From the IMG/VR virus record IMGVR_UViG_3300037010_000803, positions 1-56,652 of that record: 56,652 bases of DNA, one strand, 5' to 3'. The notes under the pieces were generated by a model. It worked only from the letters and a program-made list of their open reading frames with translations, was not told where the DNA came from and made no database searches. The number at the start of each line of letters is the position of its first letter. Within the stretch, counting starts at the first letter, position 1. Shown in pieces: positions 1 through 9,309 of this stretch. This DNA comes from a virus. Its lineage: Duplodnaviria > Caudoviricetes. Position numbers and translations under genes: made by a program.

Positions 1-20
1 GTGGCAAGAGGGTCAGCCAT
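1..20 (-). CDS. Head-tail connector, 5' fragment (MADPLAT), truncated by the window edge
   Basis: Identical to the start of 33978..34544. Confidence 0.8.
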
Positions 21-33
21 TCGTCACCTCATA

Positions 34-55
34 GGGCGGGGCCGAAGCCCCGCCC
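34..55 (-). terminator. GC hairpin with cUUCGg loop after the capsid gene (weak terminator or mRNA-stabilising stem)
   Basis: Minus strand GGGCGGGGC-TTCG-GCCCCGCCC; no U-tract; identical at 34558-34579. Confidence 0.55.
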
Positions 56-67
56 CGTTAAGAGAAA

Positions 68-1576
68 TCACGGCTGCCAAACGTCGTAAAGCAGGCCATG
101 AATCGGAGGCATGTACATTGCCAAGCCACCCCTCATCCTGTTCTCGAACTGGCGGGAGGGCTGGCCCGTGGCATACTCGAAGTTTGTCCAGTCGTAGGAG
201 AGCCACAGTTTGACCGGAGCGTCCACGTTCGCCTGTGGGAACGGGATGATGTCCGGGACCCAGGCGATAGTACCCTGGACCATGTAAGGGTCGGTCACAA
301 TGTCAATCAAGCGCCCAGTCACCGGGTGGACGTACTTATTTGCGAACGCGCCACCGGCGAAGGTGTTCTCAGGACCGACTAGCATTGGGTAACGTACCAC
401 GCTGTTAGCCGCGCCCTGACCCAAAGCGTAGCCGATTGCGGCCCTGTCTAGCACGCCGCAAACAAGCTGGCCCTGGTCAGTACCAAGCCCGTTGAGGTAG
501 CACCGAGAAAGCATTCTGTTGATTTCGAGGATGCCGTTCCCATAGGCCGGAGTAAGCGCCGCGCCAACGCGCTGAACATAAGAGCCGCTGCCCGAAGCAC
601 ACATAAGCGCTCTCATGCCGTTAAAATCGTTAGGGTCCGCCGAGGTGTCACCGCTCGCGCAAATGTCGCCGGTCGTGACAACGTCCTGAATCGTGACCGT
701 GCTCTGCCCGGTGATGCCGACAAAGTGCGCGTTGCTAACGCCGGTAGTCGTGCCGATGTAAATAGCGTACCCAGCAGCCGCCGGAATGGGAGTGAAGCTA
801 ATCTTCAGGCTGTGCGTAGCCGTAGGAGTGGCAGTGGCCACCGTGGATTCAGCACCGTACCCATCCGTCTGGTCAATGCTTACGCCACAGGAGTAGCATT
901 TCCCGCTCGTACCGGAGGGCTGAAGGATTGCGCCAGCCTGGACGGCCTTCATCATCGCCATGTGAGTAATGGCCTTGACGTACACGTAATAAGGGACGTT
1001 TGCGAATCCAACGTTATTGTCGGAGATAACGCCGCTGTCAGCGACGACGACGTTGGTAACTTGGCCCAGCGCGCTCACGTTCCCGCCGAAAATGTGCGCG
1101 GATTCCATGAGACGGCCATAAAGCAGTGCGTTGGTGACCAAGCGCCCGCGCAGGTCGTCAAACGTACCCGCCGCTCTTTCGGCTTCGTAGATGATGTCCC
1201 ACAGACCGGAGGAGACAATTCCAAACGTGGCCGACTTGGCGTCGGTGGCATACGCGCCAGCCGCCGCGCTCTTCACGCCAGGCGCAGCGGTCGATTTACC
1301 AACTGCGCTTATTTTGGTAATCCGCTTGTAGTCTTTCTGGTTGCCCGTCGGAATCACCTCGCGCGGGATTCTGGACTGCCAGAAAGGCAGAAACGGCATA
1401 AGCTGCTTGGCTGGCTGTTCAAGGCTCACGCCATACTGATTGGCATTCAGGTCCAGTGAAGCCTTGGAAACGTCCAGCACGCCATTGGGATAGGCGTCAT
1501 GGAGAGCCTTCGCCACCAATCCGCTCGTGTCGCTAACCAACTTTTGCACATCGCTACTCAGATTGTTGATATCCAT
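68..1576 (-). CDS. Major capsid protein with internal beta-rich (Ig/FN3-like) insertion
   Basis: 502 aa, between protease/scaffold and head-tail connector; near-identical to 34592..36100. Confidence 0.8.
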   Translation of the reverse strand: MDINNLSSDVQKLVSDTSGLVAKALHDAYPNGVLDVSKASLDLNANQYGVSLEQPAKQLMPFLPFWQSRIPREVIPTGNQKDYKRITKISAVGKSTAAPGVKSAAAGAYATDAKSATFGIVSSGLWDIIYEAERAAGTFDDLRGRLVTNALLYGRLMESAHIFGGNVSALGQVTNVVVADSGVISDNNVGFANVPYYVYVKAITHMAMMKAVQAGAILQPSGTSGKCYSCGVSIDQTDGYGAESTVATATPTATHSLKISFTPIPAAAGYAIYIGTTTGVSNAHFVGITGQSTVTIQDVVTTGDICASGDTSADPNDFNGMRALMCASGSGSYVQRVGAALTPAYGNGILEINRMLSRCYLNGLGTDQGQLVCGVLDRAAIGYALGQGAANSVVRYPMLVGPENTFAGGAFANKYVHPVTGRLIDIVTDPYMVQGTIAWVPDIIPFPQANVDAPVKLWLSYDWTNFEYATGQPSRQFENRMRGGLAMYMPPIHGLLYDVWQP

Positions 1577-1585
1577 TTTCTTTCC

Positions 1586-3160
1586 TCACTTGCGCTGTAG
1601 CGCAGCATTGACGCTGGCCTCGGCGGTCAGGCGGACCAACTTATGCTGGAACTCCGCCATATCCTTGCTTTCGGCGTACGCTGCTTTGACCACTTCAAAT
1701 GGCAGCGCAATCGCCTTGCCAGCTTCAGGGTTAATGTCAGTGGGTTGACCGTTTGCATCCTTGAACACGGGCTTTCCAGGCTCTACTGGGACTGCGAGCG
1801 CCTTTGCTACGTCAGCCTTTAGGGCAGCGTTCTCTTCTTTCAACGCCTGCACCTCTGCGCTGGCCTTGGCAAAGCTTTCTCGTAACTCCGTAAGGGCCTT
1901 TGACACCTCGCTCAAATCTGCCTTCGTTACTTCTGCCTTGGGCGTTTCATCCTTGGCCTTTGCCACATCATCGCCCTTGGGTGTATCCTGAGCCATTGCC
2001 ACGGGCACAACAGCCGCCGGAGGCTGTTCTTGCTCTTGAATCTCCGAGGCAATGAAATCCTGCAACGCAGCCACGGCGGCGAGTAGGCTCGCAAGTTGGG
2101 CCTTGTCTTCATCGGCCAAGTCGTCTTCACTCGCTTCCGCGTTCACCAAGTCGCTCACGAGGGAGAGTGCATACAGCCCATTGAGCGCATCCTGGATTTT
2201 CTTAGACGCCGGATACGCCCACGTGTCCGGCTGGAACATAGCCTTTTCGACCGGCTCCAGCTTGATTCCAAGTTTCCCGGCCCGCTCTATCAAGGCCGCC
2301 TGTGCCTTCTTAACATCCCACATCGGGTCTCCTTTCTCCGCGCTTGGCGGGCCGTCCTTGTCTATCTTCGACTTCCAGGCGGAGATTATCTTCGCCTTGA
2401 TTGCCTTCACGTCTTCCGCACTGTACTTCGCAGCGTTCTTGGCCTTGTTGATGTAGTTCCAGGCCGCTCTGATATGCTCAACAGTGTCAATGGGATATTT
2501 CTTGTTCTTGGCGTCTGCGAACTCCACATCGCCATATTTGTTTTCACCTTCCGAGGGCTTCACGTCTTCACGCTTGGCCGTCTTCACGACTTCAGCCGCT
2601 TCCTCATCGGTGAGGCCCTGCGCTTTCAACGTAGCAGTATCCCCTTCACTCACTGCCTTATGAACAGCCTGAAGACATCCGGCATCGGGATAATACGCCT
2701 TGCCAGGGAAGGTCAAGCAGGCATGATTCGTGTCCATGTCATCCAACTCTACTACTTTGGCCTTGAGCGTGGCGTCATAGACAGGGATATGATTTGCAGA
2801 GCCGCCAACGCTAATCTGGCGGTCGTCCCACTCACCGCTTTCAAACTCCTTGAACACTTCATTAGCGAGCGGGCTCTCGGCCTTCATGGCGAAATCAATC
2901 ACCACGTTACCTTCGCCGTCACGGTAGCCGTCAACGCTCTTGCCGAGCATGATGGGAACGACGTGCGAGGGCGTCAGTTTAATAGCTCCCGCCTTCGCCT
3001 GTTCCACCATTTTGTTGAGGCTCTTCTCCGTCATCCGCTCAGGTATGGGCCGTGTCTTGTCCGGCTTCGGCCCGGACGCTAGAAACACAAGATGCGGCGT
3101 CCCGTCATCCGTTTTGTACACCCGCGACAACGCAGCGTTGGTACTCGTCTCTTCTCTCAT
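1586..3160 (-). CDS. Prohead protease/scaffold fusion with DUF6582-like middle domain
   Basis: N-terminal HK97-protease-like domain (H in PSHVV, S in QISVGG), FADAKNKKYPIDTVEHIRAAWNYIN motif, acidic coiled C-terminus; position upstream of capsid. Confidence 0.75.
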   Translation of the reverse strand: MREETSTNAALSRVYKTDDGTPHLVFLASGPKPDKTRPIPERMTEKSLNKMVEQAKAGAIKLTPSHVVPIMLGKSVDGYRDGEGNVVIDFAMKAESPLANEVFKEFESGEWDDRQISVGGSANHIPVYDATLKAKVVELDDMDTNHACLTFPGKAYYPDAGCLQAVHKAVSEGDTATLKAQGLTDEEAAEVVKTAKREDVKPSEGENKYGDVEFADAKNKKYPIDTVEHIRAAWNYINKAKNAAKYSAEDVKAIKAKIISAWKSKIDKDGPPSAEKGDPMWDVKKAQAALIERAGKLGIKLEPVEKAMFQPDTWAYPASKKIQDALNGLYALSLVSDLVNAEASEDDLADEDKAQLASLLAAVAALQDFIASEIQEQEQPPAAVVPVAMAQDTPKGDDVAKAKDETPKAEVTKADLSEVSKALTELRESFAKASAEVQALKEENAALKADVAKALAVPVEPGKPVFKDANGQPTDINPEAGKAIALPFEVVKAAYAESKDMAEFQHKLVRLTAEASVNAALQRK

Positions 3161-3172
3161 GGCACACTCCAT

Positions 3173-3451
3173 TTACATCCTGACCAGCCGTTTCTCCACA
3201 GGGACCACAGACGGCATCCGTGCCTCGGACATCCTACGAAGCACATCGAATACCGCGCCTTGTATTTGCTCAGGCTCGTTGAGGAATCGCCCAAACGCTT
3301 GGCCGGGCACAATAATCGTAGAGCCTCCCTCTGGGTGAGGCAGTATCCCAATCACCGCCTCCGGCGCAATCATGGCAGTTCCAGTGTCTTCTCCGAGCGC
3401 GACGGCTAACGTGAGAAATCTGCCATTGAATCCGATTTCTGGGCCGTTCAT
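3173..3451 (-). CDS. Hypothetical head-region protein
   Basis: Conserved with 37691..37969; TGATG coupling to upstream gene. Confidence 0.7.
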   Translation of the reverse strand: MNGPEIGFNGRFLTLAVALGEDTGTAMIAPEAVIGILPHPEGGSTIIVPGQAFGRFLNEPEQIQGAVFDVLRRMSEARMPSVVPVEKRLVRM

Positions 3452-3648
3452 CAACGCACCTGCACCCGGACATGTTCACCGGGCCGCGCAGTGTCAAGCA
3501 TCTCCTGCAACAGCGCCCGTAGGGCTTCTGGCGAGTGCGTGCAGTCCACGGGTACAACGAGTTGAATTGTCCGGTCCTGTTCTTTGCTTGCGGTCTCTTC
3601 CACATTGTCCGTAACGACTTTCCTCGGCTTGCCTTTTTCCCAGCCCAT
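3451..3648 (-). CDS. Hypothetical head-region protein
   Basis: Same protein sequence as 37969..38166 despite nucleotide changes. Confidence 0.7.
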   Translation of the reverse strand: MGWEKGKPRKVVTDNVEETASKEQDRTIQLVVPVDCTHSPEALRALLQEMLDTARPGEHVRVQVR

Positions 3649-3649
3649 C

Positions 3650-5917
3650 TTACTCCTCCGAGAGCGGTATGAACGCTCTAGTGCAATTCGGGTGTTCTAT
3701 GGGATTCGCTATCATTTCGTCAACGGTCCAGATTTCGCCATTGACTGCATCACACTCCGCGCAAGACCCAGGGCCATTCCCATCGGAGACTTCGACCCTC
3801 TCGACTCCCTGCGCAGCGTAGTTAGTGCCTGCCCCTACATTGTATGCAACCGCCGTTTCCGTTCTTGCCGTTACCATGGCGCGGGCCGGTGATTCAAGCG
3901 TGTCCTGTAACTCTTTGGCTAAGTCCGTGTAGCTCTTGCCGCTCCTTACCGCCTCGGCTATGGCATTGCGTACCGTCTCGCGCACCGTGTCAGAGACGGC
4001 CAACTCATTGGGATTGTCTATCCACTCGGAGCCGTCCCACTTCATCCCCAATAATGCCGCCGCTCGCTCTTGCGCCCACACCGCCGCGCTGGTCTCACCT
4101 ACGCCCACGAGTTCAGCCGAGTCATCCACCCCGGCGTTATAGACCGCCTCCAGCCATCGTACCAGTGCAGCCCAATCCTCCGGCGGCATATCCGTCGGCC
4201 CCTTGGTCACGAGCTGAGCCTTGCCTTCGGCCAAATACGGCGCAGCCAAATGTCTATAAATGCGCTGCCAGAGTTCCACGCCCGCCTCAGTTAACGGCTT
4301 GGCTCGCTCGCTTGTCTCCCAACGTAATGCTTTACGCGGGCCTTTGAACGCTTTAGCCACATCGCCTTCTGCCAGACATTTCTCCACCCAATATCTAGCA
4401 GCGGGTGTTATCGCCGCGCTGACAAACGGACGCGGCGTCCTACCGTTCTTCGCATCGGCCTTGGCGACCTTCTTCCATCGCGCCAAATCCGCCTTCTGGG
4501 TATTCTCCGGCGGCGCTTCTGGCGGAGGTGCTTCCGGTGGCGTCTTGCTACTGCCTTGCAATGGCACGTAGCCGGTGGGAGTTAACACCATCAGCATGTT
4601 CGCCTCCGGCACATCGGAAGGCGGGTCACCCGCTCTCGCCCTGGCCTCGTTCACACTTCGGATACCCAGTTTGACGAACGCCTCATTTTCCTGTAGTTCC
4701 AGTTGTTTGTTTATCTGCGTTTCGGCTATCCACTCGAAACTGACCTCAGTGAGTCCGAGGTCTTCGTTGATGTATTCGTCCAGGATTTCTTCGATAAAAA
4801 TCTCATGCGGCTCGATACCAGATGCCTGGGACTGATTAGCGTTGCCCTGCCCTGACCGACCTAGCCCGGCGCTCTTCATAATCGGCTCAGGATTTACGCC
4901 GACCACCCATGCCATCGCCCGGAGTATAAGCTCGTCAAACTCATAATCCCACTTCGGCGGTGGAACGGGGATATACGTTGTTCCATCCGGTACAGCTATG
5001 GCCGCCGCCCGTGCCTGCAAATTGCCCTTCATGCGTGAGTCAAGGTATCTCTGGAAGTCCTCACGCTGTTGCATCGTGAAATCTTTCGGAAGGATTAGCC
5101 ATCCGGGTGGAGTGTTGCCAGCCGTGTAGCTGTAGTTCTCTTGCAACGAAGCGTTTATCGCCAGCGTGACCAGAGTCAAGCATTGCTCTACCGCTGAGAA
5201 TCCATAGGGCGTCCAGGAACGCGCATTCATGGGCCGCCAGATTAGTTCATCGGTGGTATATTGCCGCTCTGGGACTCCGTGCAAGTATTGGTAGAACGCG
5301 GCAGCCGGTGGGTCAGGCGGAAGCCCAGCGGCAGTGAGAATCGGCTTGATTTTGGCTGCGTCCATAACTCGCAGCCCCAACGGCTTCCCGCCAACGGTCC
5401 TTCGTTTGCCGAGAGCCACCGCACCAACGACCAGAATGTCTTCAAGCACAGCGTTCAGCCAGTCACCAAATCTCAAATACCCATCGGGCTTTTTCAGCCA
5501 TGCTTCAGCGGCCTGGACATCCGGGCGCTCTGCGTATTTTTCACCCTCTTGCATCTTTAGCGGCCGTATTCCGTGAGGCAGGCCGCGCATCTGCCTTTTT
5601 AGGTCTTCGATAACAAGTCTAATGCCCCAACAGTTGTCAGCCAGTATTCGTAACTGCGATTCACGTGCGCCCGGCTTCGCTTGGTCAGGATTAAACGTTA
5701 GATTGTAGCCAACAGGAATCTCGAATCCGGTCGGCTCCGGGCCAGGACCGCCCAACGGCGGAAGAGGAGCTAATGGCTTGAACGGGAATGGGTCCTTGCC
5801 TTGTGGGGCCGTTGGCAGTTGAGCGTTCTGAAGCCGATTGTTTAGCGACTCCGCGCCTACGGCGTCGCCCGGCTGATTCCCAAACTTTATGTCCAGCGCG
5901 CCGATTGTTATTCTCAT
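3650..5917 (-). CDS. Portal protein fused to C-terminal MuF/SPP1 gp7-like minor head domain
   Basis: Follows TerL (ATGA overlap); portal-like PYGFSAVE and GNTPPGWL; C-terminal ARTET...CxxC...HPNC motif. Confidence 0.85.
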   Translation of the reverse strand: MRITIGALDIKFGNQPGDAVGAESLNNRLQNAQLPTAPQGKDPFPFKPLAPLPPLGGPGPEPTGFEIPVGYNLTFNPDQAKPGARESQLRILADNCWGIRLVIEDLKRQMRGLPHGIRPLKMQEGEKYAERPDVQAAEAWLKKPDGYLRFGDWLNAVLEDILVVGAVALGKRRTVGGKPLGLRVMDAAKIKPILTAAGLPPDPPAAAFYQYLHGVPERQYTTDELIWRPMNARSWTPYGFSAVEQCLTLVTLAINASLQENYSYTAGNTPPGWLILPKDFTMQQREDFQRYLDSRMKGNLQARAAAIAVPDGTTYIPVPPPKWDYEFDELILRAMAWVVGVNPEPIMKSAGLGRSGQGNANQSQASGIEPHEIFIEEILDEYINEDLGLTEVSFEWIAETQINKQLELQENEAFVKLGIRSVNEARARAGDPPSDVPEANMLMVLTPTGYVPLQGSSKTPPEAPPPEAPPENTQKADLARWKKVAKADAKNGRTPRPFVSAAITPAARYWVEKCLAEGDVAKAFKGPRKALRWETSERAKPLTEAGVELWQRIYRHLAAPYLAEGKAQLVTKGPTDMPPEDWAALVRWLEAVYNAGVDDSAELVGVGETSAAVWAQERAAALLGMKWDGSEWIDNPNELAVSDTVRETVRNAIAEAVRSGKSYTDLAKELQDTLESPARAMVTARTETAVAYNVGAGTNYAAQGVERVEVSDGNGPGSCAECDAVNGEIWTVDEMIANPIEHPNCTRAFIPLSEE

Positions 5918-7383
5918 ACGGTCTCCAATTTGGTCTTCATCCATTCCAGGAAATTCGGGTCAGCACTGAAATTCCCCGCAAAGGCCAGTAACAAGGCATC
6001 CGCGTCATCCGGCGAGCGCCCGATTCTCGTTCTGGTCTTCTCCTTGGGCTCCACCTTCACCCTACCTGAGCTATCGGGAGACCATCGCGGCGCTATCAAC
6101 TGCCCTACCGTCTCGTCGTCAAGCTCGGACAGGTCCCAGCCGCCAGATTGCGATAACTCTCTTCCCACTTCCCACCATAGCTGGTCTCGCAGTTTCGGGA
6201 ATCTCGCCGGGTCCGTTGACGCTTCACCCACGTTCACGCCCACCACTTCCGCTCCGTGTTCTGAGCGGAGTTCTTTGAGCCTTCCTACTACGCCCCAGCC
6301 GATTCCGCAAACGTCCACCTTGATTCTGCTTGCGCCGGTCGCTTTAATCGCCTGCACAGCGTATCCGGCGGCTTCCATGGCATCGGGAGTAGCATATCGC
6401 CACGTTCGCCCTGCCTTGGGGCCTCTACGCTCGCGTATGACGGTCATATCACCACCACCGCCAACGTCCATACCAAGCTCCACGGGCAAGAGTTCTTCCG
6501 GCTTATACTCTCTCGGCTTCTGGCATTTCACCACCCACGACCAGGGTACTACCCCGGAAACTGCGTCTTCAGGGAATCGCCCCAGAACGCGGCTAACATA
6601 CCGTGGGTCACTCTCGCCCCATTCCTTCTGGCGCTCTTCCACCCAGAGCTTGCCGGTCAAGAGCTTCAGCACATCCGGCGGGCAGGGCTCCCCAGTAAAG
6701 GCTGGCAGGTCGAGAGCGCTCACCGGAATCACATGCCAGCCACTTCCAGGACGGCATAACTTCGCGAAGTGGCTTAGCGGGTCGTCAGGATTGCCGATTG
6801 CCAGTATTCGGCTCCCTTCCGACGTGACAAGCCCTTCCGCCGCTGTGAATATCTCTTCCGGCACTCCGGCGGCTTCATCCACCACGACCAGGACCTTTTC
6901 AGCGTGAATCCCTTGAAACGCTGTCGGGTCATAGTCAGCGGGCTTGCGCCCAAAGGCTACCAGTTCGCCATTGAGCCGCCACTCGGTCTGATTCATTTCT
7001 CCGAGCGGCGACCTGGCGTGAGCACGATTTAACTCGCGCCACAGAATGGCCCTAACCTGTTGATACGTGGGAGCCGAACTCACCACAAAGGCGCTGCCGA
7101 CCGGGTTTGACGCAATCCACCAGTACATGAGGCGAGCGGCCAGAAAGCTCTTGCCCGTACCATGCGCCGAGGGGACAGCCACGTGCCGGTACTTGACTAT
7201 GGCGTCGGCTATCTCAACCTGGCGGCTCCACAGGTAGCAGTCAAGCACCTGGCGGATGTACTGCGACGGGGACAGGCTCGCCCGCTCGCGTAACCGTTCG
7301 CGGTACTTAAGTAGGGCCGCCGCCCTTTGCGATAGCGAGTAACTCCTCGTCGGTGAGCTTGTTGAGGTCAATATCGAGCTCAT
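5914..7383 (-). CDS. terL: Terminase large subunit (start uncertain)
   Basis: Walker A SAHGTGKS, Walker B VVVDEA, IGNP, nuclease LGMDVG and SPDDADA. Confidence 0.92.
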   Translation of the reverse strand: MSSILTSTSSPTRSYSLSQRAAALLKYRERLRERASLSPSQYIRQVLDCYLWSRQVEIADAIVKYRHVAVPSAHGTGKSFLAARLMYWWIASNPVGSAFVVSSAPTYQQVRAILWRELNRAHARSPLGEMNQTEWRLNGELVAFGRKPADYDPTAFQGIHAEKVLVVVDEAAGVPEEIFTAAEGLVTSEGSRILAIGNPDDPLSHFAKLCRPGSGWHVIPVSALDLPAFTGEPCPPDVLKLLTGKLWVEERQKEWGESDPRYVSRVLGRFPEDAVSGVVPWSWVVKCQKPREYKPEELLPVELGMDVGGGGDMTVIRERRGPKAGRTWRYATPDAMEAAGYAVQAIKATGASRIKVDVCGIGWGVVGRLKELRSEHGAEVVGVNVGEASTDPARFPKLRDQLWWEVGRELSQSGGWDLSELDDETVGQLIAPRWSPDSSGRVKVEPKEKTRTRIGRSPDDADALLLAFAGNFSADPNFLEWMKTKLETV

Positions 7384-7753
7384 GTCTTTCCGCTATCCCC
7401 GCCGCCTTGCGCTCTTGTTCCATTCCCGCGATGACAGTCCGTAACGCCTCGGAGAAAGACTGCGGCTCAGACCGCAAGAGCACCCTTAGTCCGATGTCCT
7501 CCATGGCCCGTGCAATGCGCAACTGCCTTGCCCTGAATTCGGCCTCAGTGGTGCTCACGCGGTTTAGCGTCTTGCTTGCCACCTGCTGGCGGTACGCTGA
7601 CCGCGCTTCAGCCCAATGCTCTTTCGAGGCTCGCCTGCCAACAGTGGCGAAGTTCACCCTGTACTTGGCCGCCAGGCTGCGCTGGGTGACGCTCTCGTCA
7701 CCGGCTATGTATTCTGCCTTGATAGCTTCCCAATTCAATCGCGAAGCTGCCAT
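7307..7753 (-). CDS. terS: Terminase small subunit
   Basis: N-terminal HTH (WEAIKAEY...SLAAKYRVNFATV), directly upstream of terL; homologue at 41831..42304. Confidence 0.75.
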   Translation of the reverse strand: MAASRLNWEAIKAEYIAGDESVTQRSLAAKYRVNFATVGRRASKEHWAEARSAYRQQVASKTLNRVSTTEAEFRARQLRIARAMEDIGLRVLLRSEPQSFSEALRTVIAGMEQERKAAGIAERHELDIDLNKLTDEELLAIAKGGGPT

Positions 7754-7785
7754 ATATCTTCTCCCTGAATCATCATTGCACCCGC

Positions 7786-7814
7786 TTGACTTCCGCTCAA
7801 TTTGGTGCCATATT
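7786..7814 (+). promoter_or_regulatory. sigma70-type promoter for the plus-strand ORF
   Basis: TTGACT-17-CATATT followed by GGAGGT RBS and ATG at 7833. Confidence 0.65.
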
Positions 7815-7832
7815 CTTCCCCTGGAGGTGCAT

Positions 7833-8162
7833 ATGGCCAACCGCAATCACAGGCACTTGCCTCATATCCCCGCTGGGATGGACAGCCCAATAGCCGCGAG
7901 TCGTGACCGCGCCATCTATGCGGAGGCATCCGACGCTGCCCTGCTTGCTCGCCGCGACGCCACTCCCATACTCGCCCCAAAATCAGCACCGCAATCAGCG
8001 CCAAAGCCCAGGCCGGAGCCCGCAGCCCGTGCAATCCAAGGCATTAGGCTGCGCATCGGCGGCTTGGCGAAAGCAAGCCGCGAGGCGGGGCTGCTAGAAC
8101 TGGCTAGTGCGCTTGAGGCACTACTCCCCATGGTCTCCGAGGCCGCGCGAGAATCTCACTAA
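7833..8162 (+). CDS. Hypothetical 109-aa protein, only supported plus-strand gene (unit A specific)
   Basis: Own promoter and strong RBS; fills the minus-strand gap between the radical SAM gene and terS. Confidence 0.6.
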   Translation: MANRNHRHLPHIPAGMDSPIAASRDRAIYAEASDAALLARRDATPILAPKSAPQSAPKPRPEPAARAIQGIRLRIGGLAKASREAGLLELASALEALLPMVSEAARESH

Positions 8163-9309
8163 GACTCGCGCTGCCCAGCAAGTCTGGGAAACGCCTGCCC
8201 ACAGCATCCAACAGCTTCCCGTTGTCCTTCTCATTTCGCAATCCCCAAGCAAACGCCACTTGCTCCGGTGTCTTGGCGCGCTGCATCACTGTTCGCCAAG
8301 AGGAGTGCGCCATGTACTTCACGGGATGCACCCTGATTCTTCGATTCTTGCGCTGCGCGGCGCTGAATAAGCGCTTCCCGTCCATAGGGACCTTGGCCCT
8401 GATGTCAAAGTCATGCATCGGCGTGAACGGCTGCGGGTCCAAGTAGGTGAATATCAGGTGAATGCGCGGCGTCAACGCCCCATCAGCTGGAAAACAATCC
8501 AGGATGCTCTCTATATCTTCTTGCGTTTCAACCCCGGCAATAAAGTAGCAAGCCGCCTCCTTCTTCTCCCTCTTGGTCCTGTTCACAAACTCCGTGATTA
8601 CCTCCGGGGCCAGCGGCTTCGCCATGTTCTTGCGCATGGACTCGCTTGCAAACTCTATCCCCGTTCGTATCTGCCTACCAGCGGTGACCCTCCCAGCCGC
8701 ATAATCTGCGACCTTCACGTCTAACGCGCCCAGGCGCGCCGTAAGAGACGGGGCCATCTTATAGGGCCAGTAGGAACACATCGGGAATAGTTTGGCATTG
8801 GGCGGGAGAAACCTGATTGCCCTCTCCACCAACGCCTGCGGGGCGAATTGATATTCCCGCGAATGGCTCAGACAACAGAACTTGCACCGCATCGGGCATC
8901 CTTTGCCCGTGTAGTAGTAGAAAGCGTTCGCCGTCACCCTCACGATTGGATTGTCGGCGTAGTCTATACGTTCATTGAACGCGCCCGCTCGCCTCACGTC
9001 CTCGATATCCTTCGCCCGCGCAAATGCCGCCATAAAGTCGTAAGCCTCGCCTTCGCATACCGCATCGGCTACGGCCCTCACGCATCCGAATCTGGCTATG
9101 AATCCACCCGCCACCACGGGCCGCCCAAACCTCTTGGCGGCAAGGAGCGTCCCATATTCGGTGATGTCACACATCGAAACCCAGACGCAATCCGCGTCCT
9201 GGGGCGTTTTTGCGAATTCAATACCATGCTTCCGCGCAAGGTGATACAAGAGATGCGTCGTATATTCATTCCTCTGGACAGGTAGGAGATGAAAATACGG
9301 CTTCAGCAT
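8104..9309 (-). CDS. Radical SAM enzyme with N-terminal B12-binding-like domain
   Basis: CPMRCKFC (CxxxCxxC); N-terminal PVVAGG...ADAVCEGEA; GIEFASESMRK, YFIAGV, PQPFTP motifs. Confidence 0.85.
   Translation of the reverse strand: MLKPYFHLLPVQRNEYTTHLLYHLARKHGIEFAKTPQDADCVWVSMCDITEYGTLLAAKRFGRPVVAGGFIARFGCVRAVADAVCEGEAYDFMAAFARAKDIEDVRRAGAFNERIDYADNPIVRVTANAFYYYTGKGCPMRCKFCCLSHSREYQFAPQALVERAIRFLPPNAKLFPMCSYWPYKMAPSLTARLGALDVKVADYAAGRVTAGRQIRTGIEFASESMRKNMAKPLAPEVITEFVNRTKREKKEAACYFIAGVETQEDIESILDCFPADGALTPRIHLIFTYLDPQPFTPMHDFDIRAKVPMDGKRLFSAAQRKNRRIRVHPVKYMAHSSWRTVMQRAKTPEQVAFAWGLRNEKDNGKLLDAVGRRFPDLLGSASLSEILARPRRPWGVVPQAH

Noticed and set aside
725-6907. Long plus-strand ORFs (725..1459, 2096..3082, 5930..6907; also 31837..32832)
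   Set aside because: Antisense shadows of well-supported GC-rich minus-strand genes; those in the duplicated region are broken in the other unit.
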